From contig JBJKQR010000012.1 in the NCBI GenBank assembly GCA_046735395.1, positions 21,394 through 85,393 of the forward strand: a stretch of 64,000 nucleotides of DNA, given 5' to 3'. The stretch comes from Fidelibacterota bacterium. Lineage in GTDB: Bacteria > Fidelibacterota > Fidelibacteria > Fidelibacterales > DSDE01. Each line of letters opens with the position of its first letter. Within the stretch, counting starts at the first letter, position 1. The position numbers were made by a program, and so were the translations under genes. Below are positions 38,241 through 46,379 of this stretch, piece after piece. The notes below the pieces were generated by a model. The model was given only the letters and a program-made list of their open reading frames with translations, was not told the origin of the DNA and did no database searches.

Positions 38241-39106
38241 GATTCGTCGACCTGTATGAACGGATCAATATTGAGGAGCCCCGGCGTCTCAATGTGGTGA
38301 ATCCCCGGAGTGATTCCGTGCTGGATGCCGTTCGCCAGGCTGCTGAAAAAGGGTATGTTATTCCGGTACTTTTCGGTGACGAGAAGATGATTTCAGAAAA
38401 GCTGGAAAAAAATCCCCTGCCCGGCGCTGAAATAATTCATGCTCAGGATGAAGCAGCGGCAGCTGAACTGGCTGTGAAGGATGTTCGAGCCGGCCATGGG
38501 CACCTGTTGATGAAAGGCGATATTCCCACCGCCTCCTTCATGAAACCGGTGCTGAATCGTGATTACGGACTGCGGACCGGTTCGGTGCTGTCCCATATTG
38601 CCGTCGCAGATACGGATTTTGTCGGCAGGCTGATTTTTATCGCCGATGGAGGGATTACGATCCGGCCGGATCTTGACGTAAAACGGGCCATCGCCGCGAA
38701 CACAGCGGTCTTCGCCGAACAATTGCTGGGGAAGAAACCCGTCATGGCGTTTGCAGCTGCCATTGAGGTCATCAATGAGAAAATGCCCGAGACCGGGGAA
38801 GCCAGGATTCTGGCTGAGGAATATGCAAATCGCGGTTATATTGCAGAAGGACCGGTTGCCTTCGATGTTATTTTTTCACAGACTGCAGCGGCAAAGAAGG
38901 GAATCGAAAGCCGGATCAGCGAAAGGACGGATGTCATCATCATGCCGGATATGACAACGGCCAATTTTATGGTGAAACAGTTGATATTTTTCAGTAAGGC
39001 CGCAGTCGGCGGCATTATTGCAGGCGCTTCAGTGCCGTTGATTCTGCTGAGCCGTTCCGATTCTGCCGAGACAAAACTGAATTCCATTATCCTGGGACTT
39101 CTATAA
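38237..39106 (+). CDS. ptb: Phosphate butyryltransferase
   Basis: A 289-aa PTA_PTB-family protein with a 4-nt overlap with buk. Confidence 0.82.
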   Translation: MRFVDLYERINIEEPRRLNVVNPRSDSVLDAVRQAAEKGYVIPVLFGDEKMISEKLEKNPLPGAEIIHAQDEAAAAELAVKDVRAGHGHLLMKGDIPTASFMKPVLNRDYGLRTGSVLSHIAVADTDFVGRLIFIADGGITIRPDLDVKRAIAANTAVFAEQLLGKKPVMAFAAAIEVINEKMPETGEARILAEEYANRGYIAEGPVAFDVIFSQTAAAKKGIESRISERTDVIIMPDMTTANFMVKQLIFFSKAAVGGIIAGASVPLILLSRSDSAETKLNSIILGLL

Positions 39107-39123
39107 AATATTCATGTAACGAA

Positions 39124-39732
39124 ATGGGTGAAATGCAGACTAACACTGTAAATGAAGACGAGCTCATCGACAAGGCAAAAAAAGGCGATAAAAAAGCGCA
39201 GGCGCAGCTGGTCATGAGATACGAAAACCGAATTTACAATCTGGCGCTGAGAATGATGCGCGACAGAGATGATGCGGAAGATGTTCTTCAGGAAACATTT
39301 TTGACCGCGCTCCGAAAGCTCGACAGTTTTGAGGGCAGATCCCAGTTCTTCACCTGGCTGTACCGCATTGCCATGAATATTTCACTGCAGAAACTACGGG
39401 AAAATAAGAAATACGATACGGGACTCAGTCTATCAGATCCGGATTTTGAGAGTCTTCACGGGCAGCATCTGGCCGAATGGCCGGCCTACAGCAAGAATAT
39501 GCTCAGCAACAAGGATTTCCGTCAGCTGCTGGACAGCGCTATCCGGGCTCTGCCGCCCATCTACCGGTCCGTATTCATACTGAGAGATATTGAAGGATTA
39601 TCAACGGAAGAAGCCCGCACACTTCTGGATCTGAGCGACAGCAATGTGAAGGTCCGGCTGATGAGAGCCCGTTTCTTTCTCAGGGAAAAGCTTGAAGAGT
39701 ATTTCCGGGAATCCGGGAGGCAGGGACTATGA
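39124..39732 (+). CDS. ECF-type RNA polymerase sigma factor
   Basis: Region 2 (DAEDVLQETFLTALRKLDSF...FTWLYRIAMN) and region 4 (LPPIYRSVFILRDIEGLSTEEAR). Confidence 0.9.
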   Translation: MGEMQTNTVNEDELIDKAKKGDKKAQAQLVMRYENRIYNLALRMMRDRDDAEDVLQETFLTALRKLDSFEGRSQFFTWLYRIAMNISLQKLRENKKYDTGLSLSDPDFESLHGQHLAEWPAYSKNMLSNKDFRQLLDSAIRALPPIYRSVFILRDIEGLSTEEARTLLDLSDSNVKVRLMRARFFLREKLEEYFRESGRQGL

Positions 39733-40022
39733 CGCATCATCCGAAACATCCGGCGCCTGAACCTGTGACCATCGAGGTCGGACAGGAGATGAAAACTTTC
39801 GAAAAATTCTGCCAGGAACTGGGCAAGGATATTGACCGGGATTTCTGCCGGGAAATCAAGACTGAAATAGAGAATTGTCCCCAGTGCAAAGTCTATTTTG
39901 ACACCATTCGCCGTACAGTGAAACTCTATCAGTCCTGTGAGGAAAACGCGGCTGTGGATGAAGTCCGGGAGGACCGGCTGTTTAAAGTTCTCAACCTGGA
40001 AAAACCCAAAACCGGCAAATAG
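39729..40022 (+). CDS. Putative soluble Cys-rich anti-sigma factor (ZAS/RsrA-like)
   Basis: ATGA overlap with the sigma gene. The protein is 97 aa with no TM helix and has Cys at residues 28, 40, 50, 53 and 70, including ENCPQC (39876-39887). Confidence 0.6.
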   Translation: MTHHPKHPAPEPVTIEVGQEMKTFEKFCQELGKDIDRDFCREIKTEIENCPQCKVYFDTIRRTVKLYQSCEENAAVDEVREDRLFKVLNLEKPKTGK

Positions 40023-40106
40023 CTTTTAATTGTTTATAAAATTGAAAATATGTAAATTTGGCCCAGGATGGCTTGGGTCAGGACACGGTAAGAAAGAGAG
40101 TGATAA

Positions 40107-40367
40107 ATGACAGAACAGAAGAATGCGCGAAGCCCGAAAGTCATCGTATTTACCACCCCGACCTGCACCTACTGCACACAGGTAAAACGGTATCTGCGGG
40201 AGAAACAGGTGAAATTCAAAGAAGTGGATGTGAGCCGGGATGCGAAAGCCGCGATGGACATGCAGCGAAAAACACATCAGCAGGGTGTTCCCCAGCTCTG
40301 GATTGACAATAAACCCATTGTAGGATTTGACAGGCCAAAAATAGATCAAATGTTAAACTTAAAATGA
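40107..40367 (+). CDS. Glutaredoxin-like protein (YruB/NrdH-like)
   Basis: 86 aa with VIVFTTPTCTYCTQVKRYL (CxxC) and the GVPQLWI...GF thioredoxin-fold pattern. Confidence 0.8.
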   Translation: MTEQKNARSPKVIVFTTPTCTYCTQVKRYLREKQVKFKEVDVSRDAKAAMDMQRKTHQQGVPQLWIDNKPIVGFDRPKIDQMLNLK

Positions 40368-40383
40368 AAAACGGAGGACAGAG

Positions 40384-40653
40384 ATGAAAATAAAGCCCCT
40401 CGATGATCGTATTCTGATCAAAGCTCTGCCGGAAGAAGAAAAGACTGCCGGCGGAATTATCATTCCTGATACTGCAAAAGAAAAACCCCGTGTAGCCGAA
40501 GTTGTGGCCGTCGGGACTGACGAAGATCTGAAAGAGGTTATTTCCGTCGGGATGAAGGTTCTGTTCGGAAAATACTCCGGAGAAGAGATCAAGGTTGATG
40601 GTGAAGAATATACCTTGCTTCAGCGGAGTGATGTTCTCGCTATCGTAGAGTAA
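40384..40653 (+). CDS. groS: Co-chaperonin GroES
   Basis: 89 aa with IKPLDDRILIK and the mobile loop EEKTAGGIIIPDTAKEKP. Confidence 0.95.
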   Translation: MKIKPLDDRILIKALPEEEKTAGGIIIPDTAKEKPRVAEVVAVGTDEDLKEVISVGMKVLFGKYSGEEIKVDGEEYTLLQRSDVLAIVE

Positions 40654-40722
40654 TTTCTGACTATGACGGGGGTGGCCGGGCTGCCCCCGTTTACTTTTCC
40701 TTAAGTATTGCTGGGAGTTCAG

Positions 40723-42078
40723 ATGAGTCAAAGGCTAGTGATTGTAGGTGGCGACGCGGCAGGGATGTCTGCCGCAAGCAAAGCGAAACGCGTCAGTCCT
40801 GACGCTGAAGTCGTTGTGCTTGAAAAAGGCAGATTTATCTCTTATGCTGCCTGCGGTATTCCATACTATATCGGAGGTCTGGTCAGCGATTGGCAGGACC
40901 TGCTCATCCTGAGCCCGAAGGCGGCGCGCGAAGGGCGAAAAATAGATGTGCGGCTTCATCATCTGGTGGAGTCCTTCGACCCCAAGACCCGGATTGTCCG
41001 CGGAAAAAATCTGGAGGATGGCTCGGCCTTCGAACTGAGTTATGATAAACTCATCCTGGCCACAGGCGCCCGTCCGGTCATACCCAAGATCCAGGGCATG
41101 GATCTCCCGGGTGTTTTCACACTGAGAAACATTGACGACGGCCTCGCGATTCGGAAATATATTGACGAAAACAAACCTGCGACGGCAATCGTCGTCGGGG
41201 GCGGCTATATCGGCCTGGAAATGCTGGAAGCCTTTCACCGTCAGGGCATCAAACTGACGATTATTGAACGGCTCGACCGGATCATGGTGACGGTTGATGA
41301 AGAAATCGCCCAGCTGGTTGAAGAGGAAATCCGCCGCCATGGCATTGATATTTTATTGCGGACAACGCTGGTCGGTATCCGGAAGGGACGGGAAAATCTG
41401 GAAGTCCTGCTGGCCGGCGGGCCCGGTAAGATGCAGGCGGATATGGTCCTCGTATCTGCCGGTGTTCAGCCGAATTCCGAGCTGGCGAAGGAAGCCGGCG
41501 CACGACTGGGCCGCAGCAATGCGATCCGCATCAATGAAAAGATGGAAACGACCCTGCCGAATGTCTACGCGGCCGGTGACTGCGTGGAACATAAACATAT
41601 CATCAGCGGCAGAAATACCTATATCCCGCTGGCACCCGCTGCCAATAAGGGTGGACGGGTCGCAGGCGAAAATGCTGTCGGTGGCGAAGTGGATTTTCCC
41701 GGAGTCATCGGGACCAGTATCACCAAAGTCTTTGACCTGGAAGTGGCGCGCACCGGACTGTCCTATCGCGACACGTCCGAGACCATTTATTCCAAAGTGA
41801 AACAGATAACCATCGTGGAGAAGACGAAAGCGCGGTATTTTCCGGGGACGGATAATCTTACCATACGACTGGTCGTGGACAAACGCAGCAACAAGCTTCT
41901 GGGTGCCCAGATTATCGGGAAGGAAGGCGCCGGAAAGCGTATTGATGTCTTTGCCGTAGCCATACAACAAAATATGAAACTTGAAGATATTGCCAATCTG
42001 GATCTGGCTTATGCGCCGCCCTTTTCTCCGGTGTATGATCCCATCCTGATTTCGGCGTATGTGGGATTGCGAAAATGA
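40723..42078 (+). CDS. Pyridine nucleotide-disulfide oxidoreductase, CoA-disulfide reductase/NADH oxidase family
   Basis: FAD motif VIVGGDAAG, a single redox Cys in SYAACGIPYY, NAD motif VVGGGYIGLE and YAAGDC. The ATG at 40723 follows GGGAG. Confidence 0.85.
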   Translation: MSQRLVIVGGDAAGMSAASKAKRVSPDAEVVVLEKGRFISYAACGIPYYIGGLVSDWQDLLILSPKAAREGRKIDVRLHHLVESFDPKTRIVRGKNLEDGSAFELSYDKLILATGARPVIPKIQGMDLPGVFTLRNIDDGLAIRKYIDENKPATAIVVGGGYIGLEMLEAFHRQGIKLTIIERLDRIMVTVDEEIAQLVEEEIRRHGIDILLRTTLVGIRKGRENLEVLLAGGPGKMQADMVLVSAGVQPNSELAKEAGARLGRSNAIRINEKMETTLPNVYAAGDCVEHKHIISGRNTYIPLAPAANKGGRVAGENAVGGEVDFPGVIGTSITKVFDLEVARTGLSYRDTSETIYSKVKQITIVEKTKARYFPGTDNLTIRLVVDKRSNKLLGAQIIGKEGAGKRIDVFAVAIQQNMKLEDIANLDLAYAPPFSPVYDPILISAYVGLRK

Positions 42079-42551
42079 AAAAATATCTCCCGGTGCTCCT
42101 GCTTATCCTGACAGCAGTAACTCTGACGGCCCAGGATCTGAAAAGCGAGCGGCAGATCAATCTGGAAAAACAGCTCATGGCGCCCTGCTGTTACGGCGGC
42201 GCGATTTATGATCATGAGTCCGGAGTCGCCGACCAGATGAAACGCGATATTGCCATCATGATCAAGGATGGCAAGTCAGATGATGAAATACTGGCTCATT
42301 ACGAAGCGGAATACGGGGAAAAAATCCTGGCTACACCCAAGGCGAAAGGGTTTAACCTCGCCGCCTGGTGGGTTCCGGCTGTACTGGGAATCCTGGCCCT
42401 CCTTGGCTATATCCTGTATACGCTGACCATGAAGACCCGAAAGCTCTCCGGTGTAGCAGACGCAGATGTCAGTGCCGACGTTCCGGAGGCATCACTGGAT
42501 ATATCGTCTATAATCGACAGGGAACTGGATGAATTCAAAAAGAACAATTGA
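42075..42551 (+). CDS. CcmH/NrfF-like membrane-anchored protein with non-canonical APCC motif
   Basis: The layout is signal peptide, APCCYGGAIYDHES...KDGKSDDEILAHYEAEYGEKIL, then a C-terminal TM helix. It is collinear with the E. coli CcmH N-domain but with LRCPKC replaced by LMAPCC. ATGA overlap with the upstream reductase. Confidence 0.6.
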   Translation: MKKYLPVLLLILTAVTLTAQDLKSERQINLEKQLMAPCCYGGAIYDHESGVADQMKRDIAIMIKDGKSDDEILAHYEAEYGEKILATPKAKGFNLAAWWVPAVLGILALLGYILYTLTMKTRKLSGVADADVSADVPEASLDISSIIDRELDEFKKNN

Positions 42552-42744
42552 TGAAAATATACTGATTGAAGAGCTGGTGGAGGAATTTCCTCAGCTCGTC
42601 CGGCCGCTGATGGAATACGGTATTGTCTGCCTCGTCTGCGGTGAACCGGCCTGGGGAACACTCCGGGAACAGGCTGAATCTAAAAATATTACCAATCTAC
42701 CTGAAATTCTCGTGAATCTGAATCACCTGATTCAGACGGAATAA
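42529..42744 (+). CDS. DUF1858 / hybrid-cluster-protein-associated redox disulfide domain protein
   Basis: 71 aa with IEELVEEFPQL...GIVCLVCGEPAWGTL (CxxC). It overlaps the upstream gene by 23 nt. Confidence 0.7.
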   Translation: MNSKRTIDENILIEELVEEFPQLVRPLMEYGIVCLVCGEPAWGTLREQAESKNITNLPEILVNLNHLIQTE

Positions 42745-43014
42745 AAAACAGACATGTCAGATTCCCATTTTGGTTTGCGGCGGGCGGATTGTGACCGGCT
42801 GCCTCGGGATTTATTCTGTAAAAATTCAGCGCGTATCTATTTACTCAGCTGCAGTACATCTTATATCTACGCGGGGATATTTTCCTTTCTCAATATTGGC
42901 AAAAATTCGTATATTTGCAATAAGGGGAATTATCAATTTTGAGAATAATGAACTCCGAAGCACAATTATTAAAAGAATCACACGGTAAATCAGGGTGTTG
43001 CAGCCCTGTTGTTT

Positions 43015-43030
43015 TGGCACGCCATTTGAG
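43015..43030 (+). promoter_or_regulatory. Candidate sigma-54 (-24/-12) promoter upstream of the alanine dehydrogenase-like gene
   Basis: TGGCACGCCATTTGAG compared with the consensus TGGCACG-N4-TTGCW: the spacing is correct and the only mismatch is GA for GC at -12. It lies about 38 bp upstream of the GTG at 43067. Confidence 0.35.
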
Positions 43031-43066
43031 AAACATTCAGACAGCCAGACAGGGAAGAGGTGCTTT

Positions 43067-44176
43067 GTGAATGTAGGAATTGTGCATGAAACCCGGAATC
43101 AGGAACATCGTGTTGCCTTGAACCCGGCCGGTGTTGCCCATCTGACGGGGCAGGGTGTGACGGTTTTTGTCCAGAGCGGTGCCGGTGTGGACAGCGGCTG
43201 GGCCGATCATCAGTATTCGGAGGCCGGGGCATCAATTGTATATTCTCCTGAAGAAATCTGGGGACGGTCTGATGTTCTGATGAAGATCAGTCCTCTCGAA
43301 CGGGAGGAAGTGGATCTGATCCGCGATGATCAGACGATTCTCTCCTGGCAGCATCTGATAGTGCGCCATCCCGATGTCATCCGGGCACTGATGGATAAGC
43401 GAAGCACGGTCATCGGCTACGAAATGATTGAACAGAATTCAGGCCTGCGACCGCTGGTTGCGGGAGTTGCGGAAATCGCCGGATATGTGGCTGTCAGTAC
43501 GTCTGTACACTATCTGCAGAATGAGGAGGGCGGCCGGGCAAAGATCATTGCCGGTGTGGCCGGTGTTCCTCAGGGCAGCATCGTCATTCTGGGAGCGGGC
43601 CTTACGGGCCAGGCTGCGGCTGCAGCCGGGGTGGGGAACGGCGCCTACGTGATCGTTATTGACAAGGATGCGGAAAAACTCCGCAATCTCGAAAAAAGAT
43701 TCGGCGGCCGTATCACCACCTACTTTTCCAATGCCGCCAATATTGCCAAGGCGGTGTCCTTTGCGGATGTGGTGATTGCCTGTGCCGCGACACCCGGGGA
43801 TATTGCACCGAAACTGATCAGCGAAGAGATGGTGAAAAGCATGAAGTACCGCGCTATCCTTGCGGACCTGTCCATTGATCAGGGCGGTTGTGCCGAGACC
43901 TCTCATCCCACCAGTCTTGCCAATCCTACATTCATCAAGCATGATGTTGTTCATTACTGTGTTCCGAATATGACGGCAAATGTGTCCCGGACTACAAGTT
44001 CGGTCATCTCAAACGGCCTGCTGCGCTATCTCGACAATATGATTGAAATGGGCGTGGCCAAGGCTGTAAAAACAAGCGCCTGTCTGCGCAGGGGTACTTT
44101 TCTCTACCAGGGTTTATGCGTGAGGGAAAGCATCGCCAGGCATTTTGACCTGAAATGGGAAAGCCTGCCGCTATGA
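43067..44176 (+). CDS. Alanine dehydrogenase family protein (AlaDH/PNT)
   Basis: VNVGIVHETRNQEHRVALNPAGV... is collinear with the Ald N-terminus, and an NAD-binding motif is present (VILGAGLTGQAAA). I prefer the GTG start. The ORF-track extension from 42995 lacks homology-like sequence. Confidence 0.78.
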   Translation: MNVGIVHETRNQEHRVALNPAGVAHLTGQGVTVFVQSGAGVDSGWADHQYSEAGASIVYSPEEIWGRSDVLMKISPLEREEVDLIRDDQTILSWQHLIVRHPDVIRALMDKRSTVIGYEMIEQNSGLRPLVAGVAEIAGYVAVSTSVHYLQNEEGGRAKIIAGVAGVPQGSIVILGAGLTGQAAAAAGVGNGAYVIVIDKDAEKLRNLEKRFGGRITTYFSNAANIAKAVSFADVVIACAATPGDIAPKLISEEMVKSMKYRAILADLSIDQGGCAETSHPTSLANPTFIKHDVVHYCVPNMTANVSRTTSSVISNGLLRYLDNMIEMGVAKAVKTSACLRRGTFLYQGLCVRESIARHFDLKWESLPL

Positions 44177-45480
44177 ACAGGGAATTCAGCTGGGCAAAGA
44201 AATACCAGTCCCGGATTGTGACCGTGGACGAAGCGGTTTCCCATATCCAATCCGGAGATACGGTATATATTCACCCCGGGTCGGCGACGCCGGATATCCT
44301 CATTGAAGGGATGGTCGCCCGAGCTCCCCGGCTCGAAGATGTCAAAGTTGTCCAGATACTGTCATTCGGTAATGCACCCTACGCCGCGCCGGGTATGGAA
44401 AACCATTTCCGGGTCCTGTCCCTGTTTACCGGGCCCAATGTGAGGCAGGCGGTGAATGACGGACGGGCTGAGTTCGTTCCCGTTTTTCTCTCCGAGATTC
44501 CCACGCTGTTTTACAATCGTGAGATTGAAATCGATGTAGCGCTCATTCAGGTGACGCCGCCGGATGAACACGGTTTCTGCAGTTTTGGTGTGGGAGTGGA
44601 TGTGACCATGGCCGCATGCCGCAGCGCGAAAACCATTATTGCTCACGTGAATCCCAGGATGCCCCGGGTGCACGGAGATAATTTTATTCATTTCAGCAAG
44701 CTCCATTATATTGTTGAGGAGGAACGGCCCCTGCAGGAACTTCCGCGTGCCGAACTGTCCGACACCTACATGAATATCGGCCGGAATGTGGCGGAGCTCA
44801 TTGAAGATGAAAGCACGCTGCAGATGGGAATCGGCGGTATTCCGGATGCGGTTCTTACCTTTCTCAAGGATAAACGTGATCTCGGTATTCACACTGAGAT
44901 GTTCAGTGACGGGGTTGTGGAACTCTTTGAAGAGGGGATCATCACCAATGAGAAGAAGACGCTGCATCCCGGGAAAATGGTGGCGGGATTTGTATTGGGA
45001 TCCTCCTATCTCTTTGATTTTATTCATAATAATCCTGTGGTGGAATTTCATCCACAGGAATATATAAATGATCCGTTCATCATCGCTCAGAACCGGAAAA
45101 TGGTGGCCATCAACAGCGCGCTGGAAGTGGACATTACCGGCCAGATCTGTGCTGACAGCATCGGAACCCGAAATTACAGCGGAATCGGCGGACAGGTGGA
45201 TTTTTTCCGCGGTGCGGCGCGCAGCGAAGGCGGAAAACCCATCCTTGCTCTGCCGTCCACAGCCGGAAAGGGAGAGCTGAGCCGCATCGTTCCCATGCTT
45301 AAGCCCGGCGCATCCGTGACAACGAGCAGGGGCGACGTTCATTATGTGGTGACTGAATTCGGCGTTGCCTATCTGCACGGAAAATCACTCAGGGAAAGAG
45401 CGCGCAGACTCATCGCCATAGCCGATCCCCGTTTTCGGGATGGATTGGAACAGGCCGCCCGGGAACGAAACTTGATTTAA
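44173..45480 (+). CDS. Acetyl-CoA hydrolase/transferase family protein (4-hydroxybutyrate/succinyl-CoA:acetate CoA-transferase-like)
   Basis: Family pattern (GIGGIPDAV, IHTEMFSDG, NSALEVDITGQ). The ATG at 44173 forms an ATGA overlap with the upstream stop. Confidence 0.88.
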   Translation: MNREFSWAKKYQSRIVTVDEAVSHIQSGDTVYIHPGSATPDILIEGMVARAPRLEDVKVVQILSFGNAPYAAPGMENHFRVLSLFTGPNVRQAVNDGRAEFVPVFLSEIPTLFYNREIEIDVALIQVTPPDEHGFCSFGVGVDVTMAACRSAKTIIAHVNPRMPRVHGDNFIHFSKLHYIVEEERPLQELPRAELSDTYMNIGRNVAELIEDESTLQMGIGGIPDAVLTFLKDKRDLGIHTEMFSDGVVELFEEGIITNEKKTLHPGKMVAGFVLGSSYLFDFIHNNPVVEFHPQEYINDPFIIAQNRKMVAINSALEVDITGQICADSIGTRNYSGIGGQVDFFRGAARSEGGKPILALPSTAGKGELSRIVPMLKPGASVTTSRGDVHYVVTEFGVAYLHGKSLRERARRLIAIADPRFRDGLEQAARERNLI

Positions 45481-45510
45481 TTCATAGCAAGATAAAACAC
45501 GAGGAAGAAT

Positions 45511-46368
45511 GTGAACAAGATACTTAAAGCTGAATTCGTGGGAAACGATGTCAAACTCTTCGAAATCGAGGCTCCGCGGATTGCTGCCAAACGGCAGGCC
45601 GGACAATTCATCATCCTTCGGGTTCATGAGAACGGGGAACGAATTCCCATCACTCTCGCTGATTCCGATACGGAAAAAGGGTCGATTACCATCATCGTTC
45701 AGGGAATCGGTGCGACAACAAAAAAATTGCTGCAGAAGGAAGCCGGTGATACGATCCATGATCTGGTCGGACCCCTGGGCAAACCGACTCCCATTCATAA
45801 AATCGGGACGGTGGTTATTATGAGCGGAGGCGTGGGAACGGCTGAGGCACTGCCCATCGCCCAGGCCCACAAGGAAGCCGGAAATACGGTATACTCCATC
45901 ATCGGCGCCAGAAACCACGATCTTGTAATCGTTGAAAAGGAAATGGGAGAACGCTGCTCGCGCGTACTGGTTACGACGGATGACGGGTCCTACGGGAAAA
46001 AAGGGCTTGTGACCCATGCGCTGCAGGACCTGCTGGACGAAGGTGTGAAACCGGATGAAGTCATTGCCATCGGCCCCCTTCCCATGATGAAGGCCGTCGC
46101 GGACATGACCCGTCCCCTCGCTATTCCCACCACCGTGAGCCTGAACAGTATCATGATCGACGGAACAGGTATGTGCGGAGGCTGCCGCGCCATCGTCGGC
46201 GGAAAAACGGTTTTCGTCTGCGTGGACGGCCCCGAATTCGATGCCCACGAAGTGGACTTCGATGCTCTGAAGATACGTCAGCGCGCCTATCTGAGCGAGG
46301 AGAAAACCAGTACTGAAGAATTTGAACACAAATGTCGTCTGGAAGCCGCAGCTGCGGACTTGAAATAA
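45511..46368 (+). CDS. nfnA: NADH-dependent reduced ferredoxin:NADP oxidoreductase small subunit (NfnA/SudB, PyrK-like)
   Basis: FAD/NAD-binding ferredoxin-reductase fold with a C-terminal 2Fe-2S Cys cluster (GTGMCGGCR...FVCVDGP). GTG start after GAGGAAG. Confidence 0.82.
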   Translation: MNKILKAEFVGNDVKLFEIEAPRIAAKRQAGQFIILRVHENGERIPITLADSDTEKGSITIIVQGIGATTKKLLQKEAGDTIHDLVGPLGKPTPIHKIGTVVIMSGGVGTAEALPIAQAHKEAGNTVYSIIGARNHDLVIVEKEMGERCSRVLVTTDDGSYGKKGLVTHALQDLLDEGVKPDEVIAIGPLPMMKAVADMTRPLAIPTTVSLNSIMIDGTGMCGGCRAIVGGKTVFVCVDGPEFDAHEVDFDALKIRQRAYLSEEKTSTEEFEHKCRLEAAAADLK

Positions 46369-46379
46369 AGAGGAAGACC

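Noticed and set aside
40023-40383. CIRCE operator (TTAGCACTC-N9-GAGTGCTAA) expected upstream of groES, given that hrcA is present in the window.
   Set aside because: I read the region and found no such inverted repeat. I found none upstream of htpG (21388-21503) either.
42754-42988. Two overlapping small ORFs (62 and 72 aa) in the ald upstream region.
   Set aside because: They have no RBS, their Cys/Ile/Tyr-rich composition is odd and typical of AT-rich non-coding DNA, and they overlap each other in different frames. The region is better explained as promoter or regulatory DNA.
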